Shown: positions 8,556 through 17,745 of the stretch, in pieces | Numbering within the stretch: the stretch's first letter is position 1 | How the letters are laid out: each line of letters opens with the position of its first letter | IMG/VR virus record: IMGVR_UViG_2897346870_000001 | Location: 1-41,297 of that record | Strand: one strand, 5' to 3' | DNA: 41,297 nt | Origin: a virus | Taxonomy: Duplodnaviria; Heunggongvirae; Uroviricota; Caudoviricetes | Notes under the pieces: generated by a model | Seen by the model: only the letters and a program-made list of their open reading frames with translations | What the model was told of the DNA's origin: nothing | Database searches by the model: none | Program-made: the position numbers and the translations under genes

Positions 8556-8616
8556 ATCGACGATCTTTTTAGTTATCAATGTTATCAATAAGTTATGTGG
8601 ATAAGCGAGGGTAAAG

Positions 8617-9027
8617 ATGGAAAGTAATATTAAAGGGTTAGTTTCCGCCGGGCATGAGATGGCTTCGGAACTGAAAGCAGAATGTGGTGCCGTTGATATG
8701 CGCAGTGTGGCAAAGCTGATCAGCGATTTGGCAACGCAACTGGAAGTGCAACTGGTGCGTGCTAATGTGCTGGCGGCGGAGAATGCGGGGCTGAAGAAGT
8801 TCTGCAAAGACGCTGCATTCGATGCCGATTACGAAGCAGAGCTAGGTATGGAGAGAGGTGGATTCAGTGATGCACTTAACGAAATCAAAACCCCGGCCAC
8901 CGACGCATTCCTGGCTGAAGTACGTGCGCAGGGCGTGGAGATGTTTGCTGACAATCTGTTGTGCCCAGACCTTGATGACACTATCCGTGACTTTGCTGCC
9001 CATCTTCGCAATGGAGGCAACCAGTGA
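8617..9027 (+). CDS. Hypothetical protein
   Basis: 136-aa ORF in the rightward early (nin-like) operon. Confidence 0.45.
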   Translation: MESNIKGLVSAGHEMASELKAECGAVDMRSVAKLISDLATQLEVQLVRANVLAAENAGLKKFCKDAAFDADYEAELGMERGGFSDALNEIKTPATDAFLAEVRAQGVEMFADNLLCPDLDDTIRDFAAHLRNGGNQ

Positions 9028-9323
9028 GTGTATGTCTTATTGATAAACGTCGACGTGGGCAACAAATACCATCTGTTGAAATGCCGAATCATACATGGTT
9101 TTGCGTACTTGATATCGATGGTATGGATACGTTGATCGACACTCGTCATTACTGCGATACCGCAACAGCTACACCTGCAAAAGCAAAGAAAATGGCTGCT
9201 CTGATAGAAAACTGGACTCCACCTGATGGTTGGTGCAATGGGAATGATCGAGATTGGCACGAAAAAATGAAGGGCTATATCTGCGATTTTTTACGTAAAT
9301 GCAATGGATTCAGGGTGATGTGA
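9024..9323 (+). CDS. Hypothetical protein
   Basis: 99 aa; GTG start overlapping the previous stop (GTGA) with GGAGG Shine-Dalgarno. Confidence 0.4.
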   Translation: MSVCLIDKRRRGQQIPSVEMPNHTWFCVLDIDGMDTLIDTRHYCDTATATPAKAKKMAALIENWTPPDGWCNGNDRDWHEKMKGYICDFLRKCNGFRVM

Positions 9324-9324
9324 C

Positions 9325-10140
9325 ATGAGCAAGATTGACTATCAGGCACTGCGTGAAAAGGCAGAGAAAGCAACGTGTGGTGTGTGGTCGCTCGAATATG
9401 GAGAGGGCCGATTTGATGGTGATGATGCACTAATTCATCGCGAGGCTGCTGGATATATTCCCATTTGCAGAATTGAAGGAGCGCATCCTGAAAGCGGTTT
9501 CGATGAAGATTTCCAAATAGAACAGCAGGCCAATGCTGAATTCATCGCCGCAGCCAATCCGGCTACCGTGCTGGCACTACTGGATGAACGGGAAAGAAAC
9601 CAGCAATACATCAAACGCCGCGACCAGGAGAACGAGGATATTGCGCTAACGGTAGGGAAGCTGAGAGTTGAGCTTGAGGAAGTAAAACAACACGCTGAAG
9701 AATTATCCGAAACCAAGGCTGTTCGTAACCAATGGCGGCCAGATATTTGCCCAATAACCGGACGTGCATTTTTCATGTGGATTGAGCATCCAACATTGGG
9801 GAATGTGCCGACATATGGTGGCCCATTAGATAGTTACACCATTCCAACAAAGGACGGTGACGGTGAGTTTTCATGTGAGCGTTACGATCATGATTTTGGC
9901 GGTTGGGTAGAAAGCGAATGTCTTGGGTTATATCTGATTGATGATAGAGAACAATGCAGGGTCTACGAACTGGAGGAACGCGTTAAGGAACTGGATGCTC
10001 GGGAAATATCGCTCCCGGAACGTAGCAGCATGCTTCATCGAACAGATTTTCACGATGATTACCAAACGGTAATGGCATACAAAGTTTCTGAAGTCATCGC
10101 TGCAATCCGCACCGCTGGCATTCGCATCAAAGGAGAGTGA
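9325..10140 (+). CDS. Ea22-like phage protein
   Basis: 271 aa; N-terminus MSKIDYQALREKAEKATCGVWSL... is of the type seen in lambdoid ead/Ea22-like proteins (from memory). Confidence 0.5.
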   Translation: MSKIDYQALREKAEKATCGVWSLEYGEGRFDGDDALIHREAAGYIPICRIEGAHPESGFDEDFQIEQQANAEFIAAANPATVLALLDERERNQQYIKRRDQENEDIALTVGKLRVELEEVKQHAEELSETKAVRNQWRPDICPITGRAFFMWIEHPTLGNVPTYGGPLDSYTIPTKDGDGEFSCERYDHDFGGWVESECLGLYLIDDREQCRVYELEERVKELDAREISLPERSSMLHRTDFHDDYQTVMAYKVSEVIAAIRTAGIRIKGE

Positions 10141-10141
10141 T

Positions 10142-10681
10142 ATGACCCCTTTAACCGATAAGAAACAGTATCCCAGCGAGCAATATCTTAATGAGCTGAT
10201 CACCAACATAGAGTTTGCTGCAAGGGCACCAGTTGAAGTCGTGAGAGCAATGGCAGCAGAGCTACAGAAGCGGCGCGAAGCTGATAGTGCCGAACCTGCA
10301 AGTAATCATGAAGAGTTGCCACTTGATTATCTCCAAGGTCAAAAAGATGGTCTTGAATGGGCTGCGCAGCTTGCAGAAGCAAATCACCCACAAACTGGCG
10401 ACTGGCTTTACGATGACCCGCTGGAGCTGGCTAAAGCTATCAGAAAAGGTCCTGACATGCCCGAATTCGATGGACCAACTCCGGGAACTCCGGATGGTTG
10501 GATAAGCTGTAGTGAGCGAATGCCGAACGACGCGCAGTGGTGCGTAGTGAACACAGAATACGGGTATTACGTGCAATGCTGGTCTGAAGGTCAAGGGTGG
10601 CTTGGTGATGATATCAGCATACCTGAATGCGATGTAATCAATTGGATGCCGCTACCAGAACCGCCGCAGGAGGCGAAATGA
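10142..10681 (+). CDS. DUF551-containing phage protein
   Basis: C-terminal Trp-rich segment ([17 protein letters not shown]...WMPLPEPP) typical of DUF551. Confidence 0.5.
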   Translation: MTPLTDKKQYPSEQYLNELITNIEFAARAPVEVVRAMAAELQKRREADSAEPASNHEELPLDYLQGQKDGLEWAAQLAEANHPQTGDWLYDDPLELAKAIRKGPDMPEFDGPTPGTPDGWISCSERMPNDAQWCVVNTEYGYYVQCWSEGQGWLGDDISIPECDVINWMPLPEPPQEAK

Positions 10682-11022
10682 TGGACTATTCACAGTTAAG
10701 TGATTTTGAAATTAACAGAATGGTAGGAGACATAATTTTTAAAGGCCTTTGGGCATGTAAACCGGAAACATCAGGGAATAACACCAACAAATGGTATTAC
10801 GGAAATACTGATACAACTTTTGAGCCATTAAACCCTTTACCTGACTACTGCAATGATCCGAGCGCCTCATGGCCGATTATTGAGAAACACAGGATTTCTA
10901 TCTTAGACCAGTTAACTGAATGGTGTGTGGATGCAAAAGACGTAAGACCAATATTTGATACCAGACCTCTCCGAGCCGCCATGATTGTATTTCTCATGAT
11001 GCAGGAAAATCAGAATGGCTAA
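10678..11022 (+). CDS. Hypothetical phage protein
   Basis: About 114 aa ([16 protein letters not shown]...); ATG overlaps the previous stop; GGAGG Shine-Dalgarno. Confidence 0.45.
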   Translation: MMDYSQLSDFEINRMVGDIIFKGLWACKPETSGNNTNKWYYGNTDTTFEPLNPLPDYCNDPSASWPIIEKHRISILDQLTEWCVDAKDVRPIFDTRPLRAAMIVFLMMQENQNG

Positions 11023-11353
11023 ATCAGCAGCAGAGCGCAAAGCCGCTCAGAGAGCCAGACAAGCTGCATCTGGTGTGCGTAAGCTGGAAATTGTGCTTGA
11101 TGCTCAGGAAATTGAAATGCTGGAGCGTAACTGTGCCACGCGTCGCCCCGGGCGTGCGCCTTACGAATTTGGTGAGTATATAGCGTTACTGATCCGCCAA
11201 GATGATGCACGCGTGCACGGGCGTATAAAATCGATCAGCAGAAAACGTTGCGGTAAGTGCGGCGAGAGAGTTCCAGTTAATTCATGTCCGTGTAATGGTG
11301 ACTCACAATGCTGGGTGACTAAAGGCTGGCATGAAACGAAATTAATAGTGTGA
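11015..11353 (+). CDS. Zinc-ribbon protein, candidate late-gene regulator
   Basis: 112 aa; C-terminal [17 protein letters not shown] cysteine cluster; last gene before a promoter-plus-terminator arrangement upstream of the terminase; stop codon lies inside the GTGACATGTCAC palindrome. Confidence 0.4.
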   Translation: MAKSAAERKAAQRARQAASGVRKLEIVLDAQEIEMLERNCATRRPGRAPYEFGEYIALLIRQDDARVHGRIKSISRKRCGKCGERVPVNSCPCNGDSQCWVTKGWHETKLIV

Positions 11354-11361
11354 CATGTCAC
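11350..11361. promoter_or_regulatory. 12-bp perfect palindrome GTGACATGTCAC (copy 1 of 3)
   Basis: Identical copies at 13615..13626 and 32779..32790, each next to a terminator hairpin. Confidence 0.5.
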
Positions 11362-11402
11362 GAGTAGATTATGCATGATGAATTTGATGGGTTTTGAATA
11401 CT

Positions 11403-11428
11403 GCCGCCAACTATGGCGGCTTTATTTT
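11403..11428 (+). terminator. tR'-like terminator upstream of the late genes
   Basis: GCCGCCA-ACTA-TGGCGGC hairpin followed by TTTATTTT, about 45 nt upstream of the small terminase start. Confidence 0.55.
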
Positions 11429-11471
11429 GCATGGTACTATTACCACAACGGTAACTATTACCACGGTGGTT

Positions 11472-12068
11472 ATGATGCCTGCTGAACCTAAAACCTATAA
11501 ACGCAAATCAACGCAATTTAAGCCACTAACAGCAATGCAGGAGGCTTATTGCCAGTCATACATCAAAACGCCTGAAAACCAGACTCAGGCAGCGATTAAC
11601 GCAGGATTCTCCCCAAATACAGCGGCAGTTAAAGCCAGTGTCATGATGCGCGATGAACGCATTCAAAAACGGATTGCCGAGTTGATGGAGGAGCGCAACA
11701 AACGAATGCGCGTCAGTGCTGATTACGTTCTCATGCGCCTGGTGGAGATCGACCAGATGGACGTGATCGACATCCTCAACGACGATGGGAGCCTTAAACC
11801 AATCCGTGAGTGGCCGAAAATCTGGCGCACTACGCTTAGCGGCTTTGATCTGTCATCGACCATCATGAACATGAACGAGGATTCGATAGAGACAATCCTC
11901 AAAAAAATTAAATGGCCTGACAAGGTGAAGAACCTTGAGCTGATTGGTAAGCATGTTGATGTCAACGCGTTCAAAGAACGCCTGGATGTTAATGTGAATG
12001 TGACAATTGCTGATCGCATAGCGGCAGCCAGGAAGAGACTGAAAGAACGTCAGGATGGCAATCAGTGA
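11472..12068 (+). CDS. Terminase small subunit
   Basis: Terminase_2-type pattern LTAMQEAYCQSYIKTPENQTQAAINAGFSPNTA...IQKRIAEL. Start placed at the internal ATG (MMPAEPK) after the terminator rather than the track start 11394. Confidence 0.75.
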   Translation: MMPAEPKTYKRKSTQFKPLTAMQEAYCQSYIKTPENQTQAAINAGFSPNTAAVKASVMMRDERIQKRIAELMEERNKRMRVSADYVLMRLVEIDQMDVIDILNDDGSLKPIREWPKIWRTTLSGFDLSSTIMNMNEDSIETILKKIKWPDKVKNLELIGKHVDVNAFKERLDVNVNVTIADRIAAARKRLKERQDGNQ

Positions 12069-13540
12069 CAGATACAGCGTTATCTCCTGAAGAGCAGTTG
12101 ATCGAGGATATTGCAGGGTTCACTCACGATCCGCTTGGCTATGCCCTCTATGCGTTCCCGTGGGGGGAAGAAGGGACTGAACTGGCACATGCTACCGGCC
12201 CACGTCAGTGGCAGGCTGATGCGTTCCGAGAGATACGTGATCACCTGCAGAATCCAGCGACGCGCTATCAGCCGCTTATGCTGGCACGCGCTTCTGGTCA
12301 CGGTATTGGTAAATCCGCATTCATCTCAATGCTGATCAACTGGGGCATGTCCACTTGCGAGGATTGTAAGGTCGTGGTGACCGCCAACACCGACAACCAG
12401 CTACGAACGAAGACCTGGCCGGAAATTATCAAGTGGTCGAACCTTGCTATCACGAAAGACTGGTTTACCTGTACCGCTACCGCGATGTACAGCAATGATC
12501 CTGGGCACGACAAGCGGTGGCGAGCTGACGCAATCCCCTGGTCTGAGCACAACACTGAGGCATTCGCCGGACTACACAACGAGCGCAAACGCATCATCGT
12601 GGTATTCGATGAAGCGTCGAACATTGCGGATCTGGTGTGGGAAGTTGCTGAGGGTGCGCTTACGGACGAAGACACTGAGATTATCTGGGTGGCGTTCGGA
12701 AACCCTACACGTAACACCGGGCGTTTCCGCGAATGTTTCCGCAAATATAAACACCGCTGGAAAACTGCGCAGATTGACAGCCGGACGGTGGAAGGCACTA
12801 ACAAACAGCAGTTGCAGAAATGGGTTGATGACTACGGGGAAGACAGCGACTTCGTTAAAATCCGTGTGCGCGGCATATTCCCGGATGCATCTGAATTGCA
12901 GTTTATCCCTACCGGACTTACTGACGAGGCAATGAAACGGGTGGTCACCGCTGCGCAGGTTGCACATGCTCCGGTGATAATCGGCGTTGACCCGGCATAC
13001 TCAGGCGTTGATGACGCTGTGATATACCTGCGGCAGGGGCTGCACAGTAAGGTGCTGTGGACTGGCAACAAGACCACTGACGATCTGATTATGGCGAAGC
13101 GTATCGCTGACTTTGAAGACCGGTACCAGGCTGACGCAGTGTTCATCGACTTCGGTTACGGAACTGGTCTGAAGTCAATCGGTGACGGCTGGGGTCGTAC
13201 ATGGCAACTTGTTCCGTTCGGTGGCGCGTCTACTGACCCGCAGATGCTCAACAAGCGTGGGGAGATGTTCAACTCATGTAAGACATGGCTGAGGCTGGGC
13301 GGCATGCTTGATGACCAGGAAACAGCGGACGACCTGTCGGCGGCAGAGTACAAAGTTCGCGTGGACGGTAAAATCGTTATCGAACCGAAGGAAGATATCA
13401 AGGAGCGGCTTGGGCGTTCTCCTGGTAAAGGCGATGCGCTATTGCTGACGTTTGCTTTCCCTGTGTCGAAGCGTCTGCGAATTCCAGGTCAGCAGAACCA
13501 GCAAGGCAAGGCCATTACAGATTACGATCCCTATGCTTAA
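12065..13540 (+). CDS. Terminase large subunit
   Basis: 491 aa; Walker A-like ARASGHGIGKS and C-terminal nuclease region; ATGA overlap with the small subunit. Confidence 0.85.
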   Translation: MTDTALSPEEQLIEDIAGFTHDPLGYALYAFPWGEEGTELAHATGPRQWQADAFREIRDHLQNPATRYQPLMLARASGHGIGKSAFISMLINWGMSTCEDCKVVVTANTDNQLRTKTWPEIIKWSNLAITKDWFTCTATAMYSNDPGHDKRWRADAIPWSEHNTEAFAGLHNERKRIIVVFDEASNIADLVWEVAEGALTDEDTEIIWVAFGNPTRNTGRFRECFRKYKHRWKTAQIDSRTVEGTNKQQLQKWVDDYGEDSDFVKIRVRGIFPDASELQFIPTGLTDEAMKRVVTAAQVAHAPVIIGVDPAYSGVDDAVIYLRQGLHSKVLWTGNKTTDDLIMAKRIADFEDRYQADAVFIDFGYGTGLKSIGDGWGRTWQLVPFGGASTDPQMLNKRGEMFNSCKTWLRLGGMLDDQETADDLSAAEYKVRVDGKIVIEPKEDIKERLGRSPGKGDALLLTFAFPVSKRLRIPGQQNQQGKAITDYDPYA

Positions 13541-13590
13541 TCCGCTGGTGGGGATAATGTCGTTGATATCCTCTGGTGAGGATAAAACAA

Positions 13591-13626
13591 AGCCAGCTCA
13601 TAGGCTGGCTGTTTGTGACATGTCAC
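13591..13626 (+). terminator. Hairpin after the terminase, immediately followed by GTGACATGTCAC copy 2
   Basis: AGCCAGC-TCATAG-GCTGGCT hairpin 13591..13610, then GTTT and the 12-bp palindrome at 13615..13626. Confidence 0.4.
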
Positions 13627-13630
13627 GGTG

Positions 13631-14137
13631 TTATTGAATTACAATCCAGTCATCAGATAGCAGATCGGTTTGAGATGCCAGCCACGGTACAAAGCAACCG
13701 TCAGCAGTTTTCATCCCAATCCACGGTAGAAGTTTAACGCCAGGTACAAATGTATACTCGTCACCGCATGTAACGTCAAATCGCCAATCGTTCGGAGTGG
13801 CCGATTGCGGTGGCTTAACCAGTTGCAGATACATGCCTTTGCCATTCCATCCGGCACGTGCAATGCGCTTACCATCTTTGAGTGATGACAAAGCAGTGGA
13901 GAAAGATACTGTTGATATTTCAGAACGTTGTGCTGTTATCCAGTCATGGAACGTAACGCTAGTACCATGGTCTTCGCTAAGAGTTAACCCGGCCAGTCCC
14001 TCACTCTGAATTACTTCGTAATGCATTTCATTACCAGCAAAAACGCCATAAAAAACGCAGTCTTCAGCCTGAACGATACGAGAATATTTTAATGGCCATT
14101 CATTTAGATACTTAGCCAACATATCAATTGTTTTCAT
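13631..14137 (-). CDS. DUF2829-domain protein (Tad2-like candidate anti-defence protein) with unknown N-terminal extension
   Basis: C-terminal half carries the DUF2829 hallmarks ARAGWNGKGMYL and WLASQTDLLSDDWIV; leftward gene in an accessory cassette with a tRNA between the terminase and portal. Confidence 0.6.
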   Translation of the reverse strand: MKTIDMLAKYLNEWPLKYSRIVQAEDCVFYGVFAGNEMHYEVIQSEGLAGLTLSEDHGTSVTFHDWITAQRSEISTVSFSTALSSLKDGKRIARAGWNGKGMYLQLVKPPQSATPNDWRFDVTCGDEYTFVPGVKLLPWIGMKTADGCFVPWLASQTDLLSDDWIVIQ

Positions 14138-14335
14138 GATCTCACCTTAAAAAAATGCCCGGCGACCCGGGCGAACTGGAAGCAATGAGTTATGCCTTCC
14201 GTGGCTGTACTGGTTTACAGCATGAAGTCATCGCAATGGCGTCCTGCTGTAAAAAGGGCGGTGATAGTCCTTCAAGGGAAACCATCACCGCCAAGCACCT
14301 GGAACTTCTGGCATCACGGTCCTTAGGCGTGATTC

Positions 14336-14412
14336 TGGCGTGGCATGCAGGATTCGAACCTGCGACCAACCGCTTAGAAGGCGGTTGCTCTGTCCAACTT
14401 AGCTAATGCCAC
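14336..14412 (-). tRNA. tRNA-Arg (anticodon UCU)
   Basis: 77-nt minus-strand cloverleaf: 7-bp acceptor stem GTGGCAT/ATGCCAC, anticodon stem ACCGC/GCGGT with loop CTTCTAA (UCU), T-arm GCAGG-TTCGAAT-CCTGC, discriminator G plus encoded CCA; close to E. coli argU in the 3' half. Confidence 0.85.
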
Positions 14413-14734
14413 AACGCTGAGAGCACTTAGCCTGTTAAGGTGCCACACTTTGTCGCGGCTCCATAAATGCTCTCATCGTTGTACCCTCGTCTCTTCCGAG
14501 GCGTCACACCGAATCGCCGGGATGGTGAATCCCCGTGCGCGGAATAAAACCGCTCGACTTGCACATTCCGGCTACCTGGTTCGTTTGCCCGAGCAAGGGA
14601 GGGTGCCCCTTAAACGTATCCAGACCGCTATCGGCGCATGTGCCATACGCCGTACTGCTCAAAATAAAAGCTCACTCCACCTGTTCAATTTAACGACAAG
14701 CCAGTCAGGTTAATAACCGGAATGAACCATTTGC

Positions 14735-14749
14735 TTACCTGAAAGGTAA
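14735..14749. promoter_or_regulatory. Operator-like palindrome TTACCTGAAAGGTAA upstream of the structural operon
   Basis: Perfect-arm copy of the dispersed motif; CATATGTGGTT at 14791..14801. Confidence 0.4.
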
Positions 14750-14839
14750 TAATTCGTGCGTTAAATGTCAACTATCTACGATAAATAAATCATATGTGGT
14801 TAAATTGGTAATAATTTAATTGCGTACGGAGTCATTGAT

Positions 14840-15046
14840 ATGTGCATGGGTAGCTCACCATCAGTGCCTGCAACACCAGAAGTTCAGGCAGCACCACAGG
14901 AGCAGGATGCCGCCGTTGTTGATGCCCGCGACGAAGAAACACGTCGCCGTCGCGCTGCTGCTGGTCGTAGTTCTACGCTGCTTACCGGTTCTCAGGGCGA
15001 CACATCAACCGCTAATACCAGCGGTAAAACGCTGCTTGGTCAGTAA
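14840..15046 (+). CDS. Small virion-associated protein candidate (Met-Cys N-terminus, T7 gp6.7-like composition)
   Basis: 68 aa, MCMGSSPSVPATPE..., acidic centre then basic stretch; GGAG Shine-Dalgarno; position just before the portal. Confidence 0.4.
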   Translation: MCMGSSPSVPATPEVQAAPQEQDAAVVDARDEETRRRRAAAGRSSTLLTGSQGDTSTANTSGKTLLGQ

Positions 15047-15060
15047 CCGGAGTCATTGAA

Positions 15061-16740
15061 ATGGCGGAAACAACTAAAGAGCGATTGAACAAACAGTTCG
15101 CACAACTTGAAAGCGAGCGTCAGTCGTTCGAGCCGCACTGGCGCGAGTTGAGTGATTACATCAACCCGCGTGGTTCCCGCTTTCTGACTTCTGAGGTTAA
15201 CCGTAACGATCGACGCAATACACGCATTATTGATTCGACCGGGACTATGGCGGCGCGCACTCTTGCCAGCGGCATGATGTCAGGCATAACAAGCCCCGCC
15301 CGTCCGTGGTTTCGCCTGGCTACGCCAGATCCTGAAATGATGGACTATGGCCCTGTTAAGTTGTGGCTTGAGGCGGTGCAGAACCGCATGAACGATATGT
15401 TCAATAAGTCGAATCTCTATCAGTCGCTGCCGCAGTTATACGGAAGCCTCGGCACATACAGCACTGGTGCAATGGCAGTGCTGGAGGATGACGAGGACAT
15501 CATTCGCACAATGCCATTCCCGATAGGCAGTTACTACCTGGCTAACTCACCTCGTGGCAGTGTGGACACCTGTTTTCGCAAGTTCTCTATGACTGTTCGT
15601 CAGCTTGTTCAGGAGTTCGGGCTAAATAACGTCAGCGAATTCGTAAAAAGCATGTGGGAAAGCGGAACCTACGAGAAGTGGATTGAAGTGATGCATTCGG
15701 TTTACCCGAACATTGACCGCGATACATCGAAGCTGGATAGCAAGAACAAGCCATTCAAATCGGTTTATTACGAGGTTGGTGGCGATAACGACAAGTTGTT
15801 GCGTGAGTCCGGATTCGATGAGTTTCCAATTATGGCTCCGCGCTGGGAAGTTAACGGCGAAGATGTTTATGGATCATCATGCCCGGGTATGCTGGCGCTT
15901 GGACCTGTTAAGGCATTGCAGCTTCTCCAGAAGCGCAAGTCGCAGTTGATTGATAAAGCCACCAATCCGCCGATGGTTGCTCCGACTTCCCTCAAGAATC
16001 AGCGTGCCTCCCTTCTTCCTGGCGACATCACGTATATCGATCAGATTACTGGTCAGGATGGTTTCAGGCCTGCTTATCTGGTTAACCCCAGTACAGCAGA
16101 TTTGGTGGCAGACATTCAGGACACTCGTCAAATCATTAACAGCGCCTACTTTGTCGATCTGTTCATGATGTTGCAGAACATCAATACCCGCTCGATGCCT
16201 GTTGAAGCGGTGATCGAAATGAAAGAAGAAAAACTTCTGATGTTGGGGCCGGTTCTGGAGCGTCTGAACGACGAATGTCTTAATCCTCTCATTGACCGCT
16301 CTTTCTCGATGATGGTGCGTAAAAACATGCTGCCGCCACCGCCAGACGTGATGGAAGGTATGCCCCTGAAGGTCGAATACATTTCCGTCATGGCTCAGGC
16401 GCAGAAGTCTATCGGCCTGTCCAGTCTGGCGTCCACGGTTAACTTCATTGGTCAACTTGCGCAAGCGAAACCAGAAGCTCTCGACAAACTCAACGTTGAT
16501 CAGGCGATCGATGCATTCGCTGATATGTCTGGAGTGTCTCCAACCGTCATTGTTCCGCAGGAACAGGTTGAGCAGGCTCGCCAGCAACGGGCACAGCAAC
16601 AACAGCAGCAACAAATGATGGCGATGGGGATAGCGGCGGCACAGGGTGCCAAGACGCTAAGCGAAGCTAAAACTTCGGATCCGAGTGTTTTGTCAGCTAT
16701 GGCGAATGCAGTTAGTGGTCAGGGTGGGCAATCACAATGA
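15061..16740 (+). CDS. Portal (head-to-tail connector) protein
   Basis: 559 aa; position after terminase and before scaffold/capsid; Gln-rich C-terminal tail (QQQQQQQMMAMGIAAAQGA) of the kind seen in T7 gp8-type portals. Confidence 0.7.
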   Translation: MAETTKERLNKQFAQLESERQSFEPHWRELSDYINPRGSRFLTSEVNRNDRRNTRIIDSTGTMAARTLASGMMSGITSPARPWFRLATPDPEMMDYGPVKLWLEAVQNRMNDMFNKSNLYQSLPQLYGSLGTYSTGAMAVLEDDEDIIRTMPFPIGSYYLANSPRGSVDTCFRKFSMTVRQLVQEFGLNNVSEFVKSMWESGTYEKWIEVMHSVYPNIDRDTSKLDSKNKPFKSVYYEVGGDNDKLLRESGFDEFPIMAPRWEVNGEDVYGSSCPGMLALGPVKALQLLQKRKSQLIDKATNPPMVAPTSLKNQRASLLPGDITYIDQITGQDGFRPAYLVNPSTADLVADIQDTRQIINSAYFVDLFMMLQNINTRSMPVEAVIEMKEEKLLMLGPVLERLNDECLNPLIDRSFSMMVRKNMLPPPPDVMEGMPLKVEYISVMAQAQKSIGLSSLASTVNFIGQLAQAKPEALDKLNVDQAIDAFADMSGVSPTVIVPQEQVEQARQQRAQQQQQQQMMAMGIAAAQGAKTLSEAKTSDPSVLSAMANAVSGQGGQSQ

Positions 16741-17033
16741 CAGATTACGAAGACGATCAACTGAAAGAAGAAAACGCCCGTAAGCAACGTGACATGGCAC
16801 AGCGTGAAATTGATGACATTCGCTTTGTCATGAGCAGTGAACAGGGGCGTCGCGTTGTCTGGTCTGTGCTGGAGAAAGGCCGGGTGTTTTCCGCTATCTC
16901 TCCGATGGATGCTATGGCAATGGCATTTAATGAGGGGCAACGCAATCTGGCGCTGGGACTGTTTCAGCGCGTTATGGCGCATTGCCCTGAACAGTATTTG
17001 AAGATGGCCAAAGAGGCCAGTGAACAGGAGTGA
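16737..17033 (+). CDS. Hypothetical head-module protein
   Basis: 98 aa, translationally coupled to the portal stop. Confidence 0.4.
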   Translation: MTDYEDDQLKEENARKQRDMAQREIDDIRFVMSSEQGRRVVWSVLEKGRVFSAISPMDAMAMAFNEGQRNLALGLFQRVMAHCPEQYLKMAKEASEQE

Positions 17034-17035
17034 TC

Positions 17036-17731
17036 ATGAATTTATTTGAGCGTTTGCTGTATCGCCGTCTTTGCAATGAGCAGCCAGCCGATGGCGGGGC
17101 AGCTCCGGCTGCGTCAGAACCGTCAGCGCATGCAGGTGATAACCCTGCTCCAGTTGGTGATCCATCACAACAGGAAGGTGATAAGCCACAACCTGTTGCT
17201 GATGGCGATAAACCTGCTGATGACAAAAAGCATGAAAACGATAAGCAGGGTGAAAAAAAGGACGGCGATAAACCAGAGGGTGCGCCTGAGAAGTACGAGT
17301 TTCAGGCTGCCGAAGGCGTAGAGCTGGATACAGAAGCGTTGAAGGAATTCGAGCCGGTGGCGCGAGAACTAAACCTGACCAACGAGCAAGCGCAAAAGCT
17401 GGTTGATGCTTATCCGAAGATTCTGGCAGGTGTGCAGCAGCGCCAGGCAGAAGCCTGGCAGAAAACAACCGAGCAGTGGGCTGCTGATGTAAAAGCTGAC
17501 AAAGAAATTGGTGGCGACAAGTTGATTTCTAACCTTAGCGCCGCACAGCGTGCGCTTGACCAGTTCGGGACACCAGAGCTCAAAGAATATCTGAACACCA
17601 CCGGACTGGGTAATCACCCTGATCTGGTCAAAACGTTCGTGAAAATCGGAAAGGCGATGTCTGAAGATGGCATGGTCACCGGTGGTAATGAAGGCCAGCG
17701 TAGTGCGGCCGAAGTGCTCTATGGCAAATAA
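17036..17731 (+). CDS. Scaffolding protein
   Basis: Acidic, low-complexity, helix-rich protein located between portal and major capsid genes; AGGAG Shine-Dalgarno before the ATG at 17036. Confidence 0.55.
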   Translation: MNLFERLLYRRLCNEQPADGGAAPAASEPSAHAGDNPAPVGDPSQQEGDKPQPVADGDKPADDKKHENDKQGEKKDGDKPEGAPEKYEFQAAEGVELDTEALKEFEPVARELNLTNEQAQKLVDAYPKILAGVQQRQAEAWQKTTEQWAADVKADKEIGGDKLISNLSAAQRALDQFGTPELKEYLNTTGLGNHPDLVKTFVKIGKAMSEDGMVTGGNEGQRSAAEVLYGK

Positions 17732-17745
17732 GAGAGGAAATGACA

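Noticed and set aside
11394-11471. N-terminal extension of the small terminase ORF (MNTAANYGGFILHGTITTTVTITTVV), reminiscent of a Thr/Ile-rich leader peptide
   Set aside because: The stretch coincides with a terminator hairpin and T-run (11403..11428) and has no Shine-Dalgarno; the terminase more plausibly starts at the ATG at 11472.
14155-14406. 83-aa plus-strand ORF
   Set aside because: Overlaps the tRNA-Arg gene on the opposite strand and has no ribosome-binding site; artefact.
14413-14730. Possible second tRNA or pseudo-tRNA next to tRNA-Arg (GGTTCG-like and GGGATTCACCATCCC segments)
   Set aside because: No complete cloverleaf could be drawn on either strand (no paired acceptor stem or canonical 7-nt T-loop); treated as untranslated leader or promoter region.
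15877-16614. 245-aa minus-strand ORF
   Set aside because: Lies antisense inside the portal gene; typical long antisense ORF in GC-rich coding sequence. The same applies to 12298..12804, 19755..20480, 20285..20989, 27525..28349 and 28136..28777.
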